A DNA stretch of 64,000 nucleotides from Vitrella brassicaformis CCMP3155 (Eukaryota; Protista; Chromerida), in assembly GCA_001179505.1 (NCBI GenBank), contig CDMY01000287.1, forward strand, positions 62,001 to 126,000. Reading direction: 5' to 3'. The notes beneath the pieces are model-generated. The model saw nothing but the letters and a program-made list of their open reading frames with translations. It was not told where the DNA came from and searched no databases. Below, in pieces: positions 11,019-23,540 of this stretch (the stretch's first letter is position 1; every line of letters starts with the position of its first letter). A program made the position numbers and the translations under genes.

Positions 11019-14000
11019 CATCATGTGTGTGTGTGTGCTGGGGGCAGAGGGGGGGGNNNNNNNNNNNNNNNNNNNNNNNNNNNNNNNNNNNNNNNNNNNN
11101 NNNNNNNNNNNNNNNNNNNNNNNNNNNNNNNNNNNNNNNNNNNNNNNNNNNNNNNNNNNNNNNNNNNNNNNNNNNNNNNNNNNNNNNNNNNNNNNNNNNN
11201 NNNNNNNNNNNNNNNNNNNNNNNNNNNNNNNNNNNNNNNNNNNNNNNNNNNNNNNNNNNNNNNNNNNNNNNNNNNNNNNNNNNNNNNNNNNNNNNNNNNN
11301 NNNNNNNNNNNNNNNNNNNNNNNNNNNNNNNNNNNNNNNNNNNNNNNNNNNNNNNNGTGTGTGTGCTGGGGGCAGAGGGGGGGGGGGGGGCTGGCAGGGT
11401 GGTGAGATGCCTGTGCAGTTCGGCTGGGCCAGGCAGATCCGGACCATCATCTGCCACGCTATCTTCTGCACCCACCCCCATCCACACACACACACACTTG
11501 GACGGGCGAGTGGGGGGTGGCCGTGTGTGCGACACGTACCAGGTCGTTCTTCCAGGAGCTGTACTCCCCCCGACTGCACTTTTGGAATCCGCTGGCCGTG
11601 AAGCCGCCGCACGAGATGTCGAGCTCCGTTATGTGCACCTCCAGCCCTAGCCTGCCCAGCTGGTCCATCTGCTGCCTCACCCCTGCGCACATCAAGCCCG
11701 CCACTGCGCCAATGTGGGGGAGGGGTGGGTGTGTGTGTGTGTGTGTGTACCGTCCCAGTCGTATTTGTCAATGTTGATGTGGCACTGCAGTCCGACGCCG
11801 TGCAGCACCACGCCCTTGTTGAGCAGCTGCTGGGCGTAGTGGTACATCGCATTGGCCTTCTTGTAGATGCCCTGCACCCACCCCCCCCACCCCACCCCCA
11901 CACACACACCCCACACACCGTGTGCGCGTCTTCGTGTTGGTGTGTGTTGGAAGTTACATACACAGCAGGTGTCGATCGAGTTGATGGAGTAGTCGTTGAT
12001 GAACAGCCGAATCTTGTCGCCCCTCCCCGCAGCGACAGCCATCTCATGCGTCTTCCTGCCACACACCAGACACACATATGCGCCGCGCCCCCACACACAT
12101 ACACACATACACGTCTTTCTCACTTGAAGGCGGCGGCCACCCAGTCGCTCGGTATGTCGCCCCAGTAGCCCGACCGCAGCTTCGGGCTAGTGGGGTCGTT
12201 CTGCACGTCGTTCAGCACTGCACACACACACATGAGCACATGAGCACACCCATACGCATCCACCCCGCCCGGCCACCCACACCCACCGCACCTTCGTTGA
12301 CGACGTCGATGCACCAGAAGAAGGCGTCGTTGACGAACTCGTCCATGTTGGCCTCGATGTGCTTGAGCATCATGTCCTGCCGCTGGCTGACGGGCTTGTT
12401 GAGCATCCACCCCGCCATCTGCACAACCACACACACAGACACACACAACCACACACACACTCACACAGAGAGACGATGGCGGCATGATGGCCGTCCGACT
12501 GTCAAGCGTGCGCACCGATGTGTGCCAGACGAAGGTGTGGTGCCTGAATTTGAGCTGATGGTCGTTGGCGAGGTCCATGATCTCCCGGCAGCCCCCGCCG
12601 CCGCCCTCGCCAAAGTAGGGGAAGTTGCCCTCTGTCGGCTGCACCATGCCCATCTTACCTGCACACACGCACACGCACCAGTGTGTGTGTGTGGGTGTGT
12701 GAGGGAGAGGGAGAGGGGTTACACTCATTCTCCGCCACGATGTAGCTGCCCTCCTCTGTGAGGATCTTCGTGACCTTGGGATTGCCAAACTCCCACGTCT
12801 GCCGACGTACACCACACACATCCACCACACCGAAACACATGGATGGACGGACACACACCCGGGCCCGTGCGGCCGACCTCACCTCTCCAGCGTATCCAAA
12901 GTACATCTTCGCGGCGTTCCCGTAGTCAGGGATGCTCCCTGACACAACACACGCCAGCCAGCCCACCAGACACAACACACAACACCAACGCCCCCCCCTT
13001 CTGTCCATGAGAGTGCCCCGCAAGTCGGTATGCACACACACACACACACACACACATTCGTTTACCAGCGACCACCGGGTCCTTGGCCACAAAGTTCTGC
13101 TTGAAGTCGTGCACACCGTCGCCGTCGTCGGGCGGGGGCGAAACCGTCGAAATGATGGGCGGCTGAACGGGGGGCACCTGACACACACACACACACACAC
13201 TCGTCTCAGGGCCCCACGTGTGCTGCGCATCAATCTCTGTCTGTCTGCCCCTCTGCCAAGCGACCTCTGTAGGTGTCTCAGTGGTGGGCAGGAAGGCTGT
13301 TGTCGACACAATGGGGCCGCTCTCCGTTGGCGTCACTGTCGGCGCGCTCTCTGTCGGGGCCATTGTTGTTGTCGGCATCATCGTCGTGGGCGACCCGGTT
13401 GGAGGCGGCGCTGTCGCAATCTGACCGAGCAATCACCACCAACACGCCCCCAGACACACAGAGAACGCCCCTCTCCCTCGTGTGTGTGTGTTCTGCGTGG
13501 ATCAGACTCAGTCACTCACGTCAGATGGGCCGAGTGACGGCACACCCCCGCCACCATCGCCACCCCCAGAGTAGTCCCGCTCCCTCGACATGCACGGCGC
13601 CCATGCCGGTAGCTCACACGTCGGCGTCTCGGGGTTGGCCGCGATTTGGCTGGGGCAGCAGTTCTCGGCGCCGCCGTCGCGGTCCTCACAGCCGTCGTCT
13701 TCACACGAGCCGCACATTCGCATGCAACACGCATTGGTGGCGGCATGGTAGGAGCCGTAGGCCACGTGCTGACGATGGACACACACATGTGGGGGGAGGG
13801 GGGGAGGGGGCTGAAGGGGGAGGGCTTATTACTGACTTTGCAGTATTGCTCTTTGGTCAGCTCGAAGAGGCACGGCAGGGGCGCGTTCGTCTCGCATTTT
13901 GGCCCGTAGTTCTCAAACTCCATTGGGCTGCACTCACCCGACCAGCCACACACATATGCGTGTGTGTGTGGGTGTGGGTGTGTGTCTGTGTTTGGGTGTA

Positions 14001-15445
14001 CCAGCAGATGTCCTTCTGGCTGCCCATGCAAGCGTCATTGCCGCCGCAGTCGTCCCCGCACGACAGAGGGCAGCACGCCTGCTTGTCGGGGTTGAACTTG
14101 CCCATGAGCTCTTCCTCACACAAAGCTGCCACCACGACGCACCCACACACACACACACACACACATCGACGATGGGCGTGTGTGGGAATGTCTCTGCCCA
14201 CGTACCTTGGTTGCTCAGCTGAGCCTTCTGCGGCACATTGCTGCTCACAGCAGCCGCGGTGGTGCCGAGCACCCTCACCGATTCCCCCCTCTCCAACTGA
14301 GCCACCATGCTGTCATCCACAGTGCAGGGGGCCGCATACGTCATCGAGCAATACCCATCCACACCCCGCTGCTTGATCTCCTTGCTGCAGCACAGGTCGG
14401 GCCGGCCGTCCGCTCGGAGGGCGCACCCCTCCCCGCCGCAGGTGCCGCACTCCCTGGGGCAGCACACCCCCCGTCGTGTGTGGAACACGCCTCCCAGGAA
14501 CTCCTCGCACACGCGGCGCCGTGGCCATCGCTTTCTTATCTGAGGGCTGAGCCGGTCGCCCATCAGACAAGGGGGCGTTGTGGTGGAAGCGGCATCACAC
14601 GACAGCAGCGATTCCTTGCCCCCGTCTGTGGCACATGACGTCACGGTGTCGATGTGGTCTCCTTCTGGACCTTCTGGACAGCACACCCCGCTGGCTTGGT
14701 CGTAGGTGCCTCCGAGGAAGCGCCGGCAGAGGGTGCGCTTCTCGTGCAGCGTGGCGGTCGGGGCTTTGATCACGAGGAAGGAGGATGGCGTGACGACGCA
14801 CGGAGGGCCTTGTGTGAGGCTGCACGATTGCTGCACATACAGAAGACACAACACACAGAAATGAGGCTTCTCTGGGGAGGGGTGGGTTTGTGTGTACGGG
14901 GTCGCTGGCTCTGACGCCAGTAGAGCAGCACTGGGTGATGTCGCCCCTGAGCTGGTCGCACGCCACCCCGCCACATCTCCCGCACTCGTGAGGGCAGCAC
15001 AAATCCGTCCCGTCAAAGAGCCCGCCCAACTTGTGCTCACACAACGCCCTGAACACACCACACACACGCCCATATCTCTACCTCTGTATGTGTGTGTTTC
15101 CGCGCCTCACCGTGGGGTCTCAACGAAGGCGTCCTTGGCCGCGTCGTCGACGATGCACGGCAGCGAGTCAGCCTGGCTGCAGTAGGGGCCGTCAGACATC
15201 ACCCGACCCGCCCCATCACCACGACCATCGCACCCCTGATCTGCCGATGGGCAGCAGATGGTTGACCGGTCGTCGGTGACGCCGCCCAGCCGCGAGCAGA
15301 GCGACTGCCGTGCTGAGGCGGGCAATACGAAGGCCTCCTGGTGTGCCGCCACGTCGGCTCGACGCCAGGGTGTGTAGAAGTCGATGGGGCTGCCGATGCT
15401 GACCGGCGAGAGAGCGAGGGGTGCCAGCCATGAGACGAGACGCAT
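10819..15445 (-). CDS. Secreted modular GH10 endo-beta-1,4-xylanase: signal peptide, about 6 Cys-rich repeats, Pro/Thr linker, C-terminal GH10 domain
   Basis: GH10 motifs: IVAENECK, FRHHTFVWH, WCIDVVNE (acid/base Glu), LFINDYS, HGVGLQCH, VHITELD (nucleophile Glu), IGVWGVRNSDSW and PLLYDDNGEK. A P/T linker (TTMMPTTTMAPTESAPTVTPTE) lies at ~13270-13420. Cys-rich units span 13590-15300. N-terminus is MRLVSWLAPLALSPVSIG. Confidence 0.88.
11057..11356. other. Assembly gap (300 N); other 300-N gaps at 18057-18356, 27616-27915, 30839-31138 and 31816-32115
   Basis: All gaps have the same placeholder length. At 11057 and 18057 the two flanks repeat each other across a poly-G/poly-C tract, suggesting little or no missing sequence. 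Confidence 0.95.
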
Positions 15446-15568
15446 CTTGTCATCGGGCACGGAGTACACCAAGCAGATGGCGTCACGGTCACTGAGACTT
15501 GCGCCACTATTTTGCCTGTCCCATTGTTTCTGCCGGGCAGCCTCCCCCCGATGAGTGTGTGTATAAAG
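15446..15568. promoter_or_regulatory. Putative bidirectional promoter between the xylanase and sulfatase genes
   Basis: Only about 120 bp separate the two divergent predicted ATGs (15445 on -, 15569 on +). No specific motif identified; inferred from the arrangement. Confidence 0.5.
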
Positions 15569-16731
15569 ATGAGAGCGAGGTGTCTCAGGGTGCTCTGGAC
15601 GTCTGCTTCCCTCCTTGCCGCGTCAGCCGCCCTCCTGCGAACAGACGAGGACACGCTGAAGCAACGGACCCACCACCACCACACAGGCACGGGTCGTGTG
15701 CAGGGGCTGAGCCCGCTGGACGAGGCGATCTTGGCTGAGTATGGCGCGTACCTTGAAGACTGGGAGGACGAGTTTCGCAAGGAGAAGAGCCCGATTGCCG
15801 ACGAAGAGATTGAGGAGGGAGAGTACCCCCTGAGTGAGCAACCACACACAACACACACAGCACACACCGGTGCTCGACGTTGCTGGTCTGTCTCCCCGTC
15901 CGTGTGTGTGTGTGTGTCTGTGTGGTGTGGTTGACAAGGCTATGACATAGGGGGTGTGACCAAGGGCGGCGCGGTGCTGCCCCTGCTGGGCGAGAGGGAG
16001 GGAGACCTGGACGAAGATCAAGACGACGACGAAGGTGAAGATGCAGATGAAGATGCAGAATCTGAGCTGGACGAGGAGGACCTTATCGAGTCGGAGGCAG
16101 ACGACGAGACCGACACAGGCACGGACACCGACACTGTGACGACAGAGGAAGACATGTATGACGACCTGGATACTACTATAGATGGGCAGAGCGACGCGGT
16201 GAACGGCACCTGGGTCGTGGCCGAGGGCATCGAGGATGACCCCTGGGAGGACCCCAACTTCTGGGTCAACAAGACGGAGGAGGAGAAGGAGCAGATTCTG
16301 CTCCAACAGGTACCACCCTATACCACCTCCCCCCTCAGCCACACCAACCCCCCCCCCCTTTCTTATATCAGGCTGACACCGATGAGCTGATGCTCACTGA
16401 CGAGGAGAGAGAGGAGCTTGACGAGGAGATTGCGGCCAACAGGGAGGCGCGCGAGAAGGAGGAGAAAACGGGCAAGACGAAGAAGAAGCGGGGGTCGACG
16501 TCCGCCAAGCCCAACTTCATCATCATGTTCTCGGACGACCAGAGATGGGACGCTATCGGTGCGCACGTGGCCACACAGACTTATGCGCGTGGGCCATGGG
16601 ATGGATGGATGGATGTGTGTGTGTGTGCAGGTCTGATCCAGCAGCGGCTGTCTGGTGAGGACCGTCTGTACCCCTTCTTCATGAACGAGACCCCCCATAT
16701 GGATCGCATGATCAAGTCAGCACAGCACCTG

Positions 16732-16766
<35 letters not shown>

Positions 16767-19700
16767 CATCCACAGAGGAAGGAGGTTTGTCTGTGTGTTT
16801 CTCTCCCTGCTGCGTAGGGAGGGCGTCTTCTTTGAGAACGCCTTCGTCACGGCGCCGCTGTGCTCGCCCTCCAAAGGAGCCCTCATGAGTGGTCGGTTCG
16901 GCAGCACTACACAAGCACAATCCGCACACACACACACAGACAGCCATGGTATGTGTGTGCATCTCTCTGTGTGTGCAGGCGAGTACGAGCATTTCCACGG
17001 TAAGTTTGCAGACAGAGAGAGAGAGACAGAGAGAGAGAGAGGGCGGGGGAGAGGTCAGTGTGTGTGGTTGTGTCCCCCACGTGCAGGTGTGTTGTACAAC
17101 ACGCTCAACTACGCGGTGCCGGGTGAGGGCGACAACGTCACGCGCAACAACGACAACACAATCGGCGACATCCTCTCACAACACGGCTACAACACCGCCT
17201 ATATGGGCAAATGGTACAGATAGACGCACCCACGGGCCATCGGGGCGGCTGTGGATGTGGGTGTGCCATCTGTCGCGCGTGTGGGTGTGGGTGTTTGTTT
17301 GTGTGTGTTTGCAGGCACATGGGCTCACAGCCGGAGCGGCCCGGGTTCAATTTCAGTGCCTCCTTCCTCCACCAGGCAAGTTGGGCGCACGTCGGCCTCT
17401 GTGTCTGTGTGTGGCTGGGCGTCACACCCACACCCACCATGTGTGTGTGGTGTGTGCAGGGCTCGTATTACGACGAGTATCAGTTCTACATCAACGAGGA
17501 GGAGCGGCCTGACGACCAGAGAAAAGGATGGGTCGACGGTAGGCACCTCCCCACCACCACCACCTCCCCTCTGTCTCTCTGTGTGTGTGTTGGTGGTTTA
17601 TAGATCTGTCGACGAGCTTTGCATTGCGCTACCTGGAGAAGTACAGACACGAGCCGTTCTTCCTCGTCATCGGTCTCAAGGTGACGGACAAGACGACAGG
17701 CACCAGGCACACACACGCGCCGCGCCCGACCGTTGTCATCGTGTGCATGTGTGGATGGATGTCAGGCCCCGCACGAGCCGCGCTCGCCTAACGGCAAGAC
17801 GCTCGGCATGTACAAGCACACCGAGTTCCCTCCGATGCCTAACGAACACACGACGCCCGAGTGGTGCGGACACACCCACAATCGCATATGCGACCATTGT
17901 GAGTGGGGGGGTCTGTGTGGGTTAGGTATATTGAGGGCAAGCTGCCTCACCGCGAGAAGGAGATCTACTTCGAGACGCTCAAAACGATCGACGACAACAT
18001 CGGCCGCGTGCTCAACAAGCTCGATGACCTCGGTACCTCCCTCCCCCCCCCCCCCANNNNNNNNNNNNNNNNNNNNNNNNNNNNNNNNNNNNNNNNNNNN
18101 NNNNNNNNNNNNNNNNNNNNNNNNNNNNNNNNNNNNNNNNNNNNNNNNNNNNNNNNNNNNNNNNNNNNNNNNNNNNNNNNNNNNNNNNNNNNNNNNNNNN
18201 NNNNNNNNNNNNNNNNNNNNNNNNNNNNNNNNNNNNNNNNNNNNNNNNNNNNNNNNNNNNNNNNNNNNNNNNNNNNNNNNNNNNNNNNNNNNNNNNNNNN
18301 NNNNNNNNNNNNNNNNNNNNNNNNNNNNNNNNNNNNNNNNNNNNNNNNNNNNNNNNCCCTCCCCCCCCCCCCCAACACACACACCGCACTCCACACACAC
18401 GTCTGTGTGCGTGCAGATTTGGCCGACAACACGGTGGTGATGCATTTCTCCGACAATGGTTACTTTCTGGGCTCCCACGGCCTGAAGGACAAGAGGCTGC
18501 CTTACGAGGAGTCGATCCGTATACCGCTCATCGTCCGATACCCCGACATGATCGAACCAACACGTACGTGACATGCACATTCGACCGACCACACACGGGC
18601 GACGGTGGTGCCTGCCTGTATCGCTCCCTTTGTGTGTGTGTGTGTGTGTGTTGTGTGTGTGTGCTGGCTGTGCAGCTGACACCGGGCGGTTTGAGAAGGA
18701 CCTCGTGCTTCATTTCGACATCACTGCAACGGTGCTCGATCTCGCCGGCATCGAACGGCCACCCTACTACCAGGTCCTCCGCCCCTTCCCTCTCCACCCA
18801 CACCACACACACCCGATTGTATGTGGTTCCATCAGGGAAAGAGCCTCCGGCCACTGTTCGAGAAAAGCCCAGAAGACCCCCCATTGCTCGACGACTGGCG
18901 TGACGGCGTGCTGACCAACTACCACAGGGACCCCGTGTGGCACTTCTGGCCGACCTGGTTCTCCTGGCGCACCCAGACGCACAAAATCAACGAGTACCCC
19001 CGCGACAAGCACTGGACCGAGGTGTTTGACCTGACGAAGGACAAGTATGAGATGAACAACTTGGCCAAGGAGGACAGCGACGAGAGCCGGGAGCTGGTCG
19101 AGCAGATGAGGGCCACACTCAACACCAAGCTCTACGAGGCCGGGTGAGTAGGTGACAGACATTCCACCATACACGCACACCACACCACACACACATCTCT
19201 CTCTCCCTCTGTCTGTCTGTGTGTCTGTCAGTGTGCCACACCGAATGCCGTGGTTCCGTGGCACACCCATCAAGCGCCCCTACCCGTTCGAGGCACGCAA
19301 ACACACCCACTCCCCCACCCGCACTCGCCCGCCACACCCCTCTCTTGTCTGCAGGTGTCGCTGTGGGTCTTTGACAACGAGTCCTCTCGCGACCTCCGCA
19401 AGACCAACGACGGACGGCTGCAGGGCGGCGCCGCCATCACCACAGACAGGCGGGGCCCTAACGACGGCCATCTCGTGTTGGAGCAGGGCGGCGGGGGCTA
19501 CATGGACGTGTCGCACGAGTCGTTCGGCAAGGCCGTGGTCGACCGCACTGTGTCGCTGTGGTTCAAGGCTGATGACCCGCTCATGAAGGACCCACAGACG
19601 CTATATGCTGAAGGGTGGGTGATGTCGCACAGAGAGGGGGGGCGATGCGCGGACGCCTGTGTGGTGTGTGGGTGGTCTTAGGGATGAGGAAACAGGTGTG

Positions 19701-21717
19701 TCGCTATCCATCAAGGGCGGCCTGCTGGAGGGCTACATCGCGTCAGAGGGCCGCAACGCCACCATCCTCGTCCACATGGCGAGCGCCGAGTGGACCCACG
19801 CGGCCGTGCGCTTCCTCGGCGGCGACCGAACCTTCTGCCTCTTCGTCAACGGCAAGCTCATCGCCACAGAAGAAACCGAATTCGATGCCATCGCCGCGAA
19901 GTCCGACAACGCCGCTTTCGGGGCCTACCTCCCGGCGTCTCCCTCTGCCGATGGCCATGACCACGAGCCGTCATCTTTCTTTTCCGGCCTGGTCGACGAC
20001 GTCCGTGTCTACGCCTTTCACGAGACCATCCACGACGACGTGCTGGCGTCACAGGGGCGGCTCCTCGCGGAATGGACGTTCGATGACACCTTCAACGACA
20101 CCAATGCGGAGACAAACGGCACTCTCAAGAGGGAAGGGGAGAAGGAAGAAGCCGATGAGGAGACGGACGATGCACAAGAGACGGCGTTGAGTGAGGACGC
20201 GCCTCAGGGTGCGAAGGCGGTCGTGCTGGACGGGGAGAGCACCTGGATGGACATCAGTGGGGACCTCATTACGCGGCGATTCTCCGCCTTGTCTTTGGCG
20301 TTTTGGATGAAGCCTGGAGGGGAGGACGGATTCATTGCAAGGGTGGCGAAGTGGAATGAGTCCATGGTCATATTTGACCAGGGTGGCGAGTCTGCAGGAG
20401 TGTCTGTGCGTCTGGTTCCCATCAACAACACTCTCGACGCTGCCATCTCAAGCTCAGACGACGACCGGCACCTCCTCTCTGTCCCCTTCACCATCTCCCT
20501 CTACCCCTACGAGCACACCCCGGGGTGGACACACGTCACCGTCACCTTCGACGGCACCAACAACGGCCTCTTCGCCATCTATATCAACGGCACCCAGGCG
20601 GCCAGCGTCGAGACGGGGCTCGACATGGTCCCCCACTCCGACGAGAACAACAGTGCCATCGGCAGGGCGCATGGCACCACGGCGTTCGGCCCCCTCTATG
20701 AACCGTACGAGGTGCGAATGGCGCGGCAAGAGCTGGAGAGGCTGGCAGAGCTCGCTGAAGATGAAGACGAGAATGGCGACGAAGGCGAGAACGAAGACGA
20801 GGAAAGGAGAGAACTTGCGCATATCGCAATCGGTACCCCCTCCACCCGTCCCCCCTGTCACGCAGACACCCATATGTGTCGGTTCGATTCATGTGCAGTG
20901 CCCGAGGAGGGGGAGCACGACAGAGGCCCCAGCCACCCCAGTGGCGGCAAGCACACAAACGAGGCGGCAACAAGCGACAACGACACCATCGCGGTCAACA
21001 GCACGTTGGTGACGGTTGAGGGCGAGGAGGCCGAGGACCCGTTGCCGCCATGGGGGTTCTATGAGGGGCTGCTGGACGACGTGGCTCTGTGGGACATGGC
21101 ACTGCCCGAGTCGGCGGTGGCCGACCTCTATGCCAATTCACTCATCCAAAAGTATGCTGGTAGGCCAGGCCATTGACGCACAGACACACGCATACACACA
21201 TTGGGTGTGTGTGTGTGTGTACGTGTGTGTGTGTCCCTCTCTCTCTCTGTGTGGGTGTTGGTGCGCAGGGCTTGAGTGGGACCTGCCCGGCTTCCACTGG
21301 ACACAGAAGTTCACCTACCGAGCGAAGAGGCAACAAAGAGAAGAAAAGAACAAGACCCACACGGACAACCACACCCACACCCACCCCTCCCTGACAAACG
21401 ACACAACACACCCATCCGAGCGCGATAAGAACAACTCCTCACAGCCGACTGGCTTTGCCCTGCTGCTGCAGCAGACGCGGCAACGCGCTGACAACAACGG
21501 CTCCCATGTGCATGGGGGCGGTGGGAATGGTAGCGAGACACATGCTGTTAGTAATACTAAGAGAGGAGGGGTGATGGTCGATGCGGGTATTGGTGGTGGG
21601 GGTGGTGGCGGCGGCGAATTCGGCGGTGCGTGTAGGTGTAGGTGCCGCTGCTGGAGGGGGGGCAAGCTCTTCGGTAGTGTGTTGTTAGTACTAGCGCTTC
21701 TGGTAATGTCTGTCTAG
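15569..21717 (+). CDS. Type I (formylglycine-dependent) sulfatase with a signal peptide, acidic N-terminal extension, two LamG/concanavalin-A-like domains and a hydrophobic C-terminus (GPI signal or TM anchor)
   Basis: [18 protein letters not shown]; [26 protein letters not shown]; [10 protein letters not shown]|HMG; [40 protein letters not shown]; [17 protein letters not shown]; [16 protein letters not shown]. Two LamG units ([29 protein letters not shown] and [31 protein letters not shown]). Ends [18 protein letters not shown]. Confidence 0.9.
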
Positions 21718-22252
21718 TGTATGTGTCTGTAGGTACCTCTGTATCTCTGTATCTCTGTGTTTGTGTCCATCTGTACTTGTCTGTATTTCTGTGTGGGTCC
21801 ATATTTGTCCACTATATATAGGTCGGTCGTCGGCTGCCTGCGGGTCGGCCTCGCTCTCTCTCCCTCTCTCTCGGCTCTCTCTCTGCCTTTTTCTGCTCTG
21901 TCTTTTTTTGTCAAGAGCCGTCCACGGCAGTCAGCCTTTTTCTTGGCAATTAGTGGATGGATGGATGGATGGATGGATGTGTTGCCTCCCTGCCGATTTG
22001 TTATTACGCATGGAGTCAAGACAGACGGTGCCAGCCAAGGTGCATAGTGAGTGAGCTGCATGTGCATGACGCTTTATTATGGGTCTCACATGACGCGACA
22101 ATTAACAGTTCTAACCGCATGAGCCGTCCGTCCCCTCCGCCCCTCACACAAACCCGCACAGGCAAAAATTCTCTCTCTCTCTCTCTCTCTCTCAACCTCA
22201 TTGTCAGACCATAGACCAACACACCCACGCCCGACACTCTCCTTGCGACAGA

Positions 22253-23370
22253 TCATCTCTTCTCGCGGTAGACCTCCGGCTCTTGCAAGCTCTTAAGAAT
22301 GCCAAGACACACTGAGCACCCCAGCGTCGCCTGCGGACACACACATAACCCCAACACACACCCATGTTGATGAGCGAATCGTACAAGCGTCCATTTGTGT
22401 GCGAATCGTACGATTAGCGACGGTGTGAGAAGCGGCACGATGTACTCGTCGATGGAGGCTTTGACGTTGGCCGGCAGGTCCGTGCCGGTCGCCACGGCAT
22501 AGGCCTCCACACCCACACTCACACCCCCCAATATCAACGCCACGATGCCAGCCAATATGCCTCCACACACACACAGCAGGAGCGTCAGAGGTACGACACC
22601 TCGGCGCACGCTCCATGTCACGCTCACCAGCGAAGAAGGTCCCCTCGGCCGCCACTTGGACGGGGAAGGGCACGTAGTTGTCGAGCTTGAATCCTCCGCC
22701 CCCCTCCCTGCTCTCTCTGAATATGTTGGCGAGGTACTTGTCCTCACTCCGCTGCACAGCCTGCCGCCTGCCCCGGGCCTCCTCGGCCTCGTCCTTCAGC
22801 ACACCATACTTCTCAAATATCTTACGCTCGCTGTCCACAGCAGCACTGGCAGGGGGGTCTTCCGCTGATGGGTCAGAAGGAGAGGGAGGAGGCGATGGCG
22901 GGACGGCTGTGCCTGGTGGTGGGCGGGGCTTGGAGGCCTGTGCTCGCCGCCTCTCACGAACGCGACTGCATTCAAACAGACAGCAGGCACGCAACATACA
23001 GATGCTGCATTCGTTCATGATCGTCTGCCGCTCACTCCTTTGGATCTCGAAAGCCTCTCTTGCCACCAGCCCCGGGTGCCCTCGCCCTCCTGCCCCTGCT
23101 CTTGCCGGCCTCCTTCTCGTCCACCACATCTCGTGTGACAGTGGCCTGCTCGCCCTCCCGAGCAGCTGACCAGCGACGAACACTCGCAGCACGCGGCTGC
23201 TGCAAAGATGGCAATACAGATAATGGCTGGAATGCGGTCCTCGATGGGGATCTACGCAGGGCGGATGAAAGACATAGGGACTGCGGCAGGGATAGGGGCA
23301 GGAGCAGCAAAGGGAACTGCAGCATTGCCAGGAAAGAGCCAAACAGGTGCTGCTGCTGCAGAGCCACCAT
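22253..23370 (-). CDS. Uncharacterised, probably plastid-targeted membrane protein (bipartite leader, two hydrophobic segments near the C-terminus)
   Basis: The exons I could join splice in frame through GT-AG introns (one internal junction near 22560-22620 was not resolved). Leader MVALQQQHLFGSFLAMLQFPLLLLPLSLPQSLC, then an S/R/P/A-rich transit-like stretch, then ..LDNYVPFPVQVAAEGTFFAG..ILAGIVALILGGVSVGVEAYAV..LLTPSLI|ATLGCSVCLGILKSLQEPEVYREKR*. Confidence 0.7.
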
Positions 23371-23540
23371 CCTACGCCGTCCGGCACGTGTACCTGCACA
23401 CACAAATGAAAGCACGCGATAATTGCTGATGGATTCGCATTGTGCATTCGAGCAGGCGCTTCGTGTGCCTCTCCACCTTTTTGGAGAGGGTTCTTCCCGC
23501 CCTCGCCGTCTGCGAGCTCAAACCCGAAAACCCTGCATAT

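Noticed and set aside
10711-12200. Long ORFs in the track that span N-runs (also at 17.7-18.7, 27.2-28.1 and 30.6-32.7 kb)
   Set aside because: They are artefacts of translating 300-N gaps as X; the real exons are short and intron-bounded.
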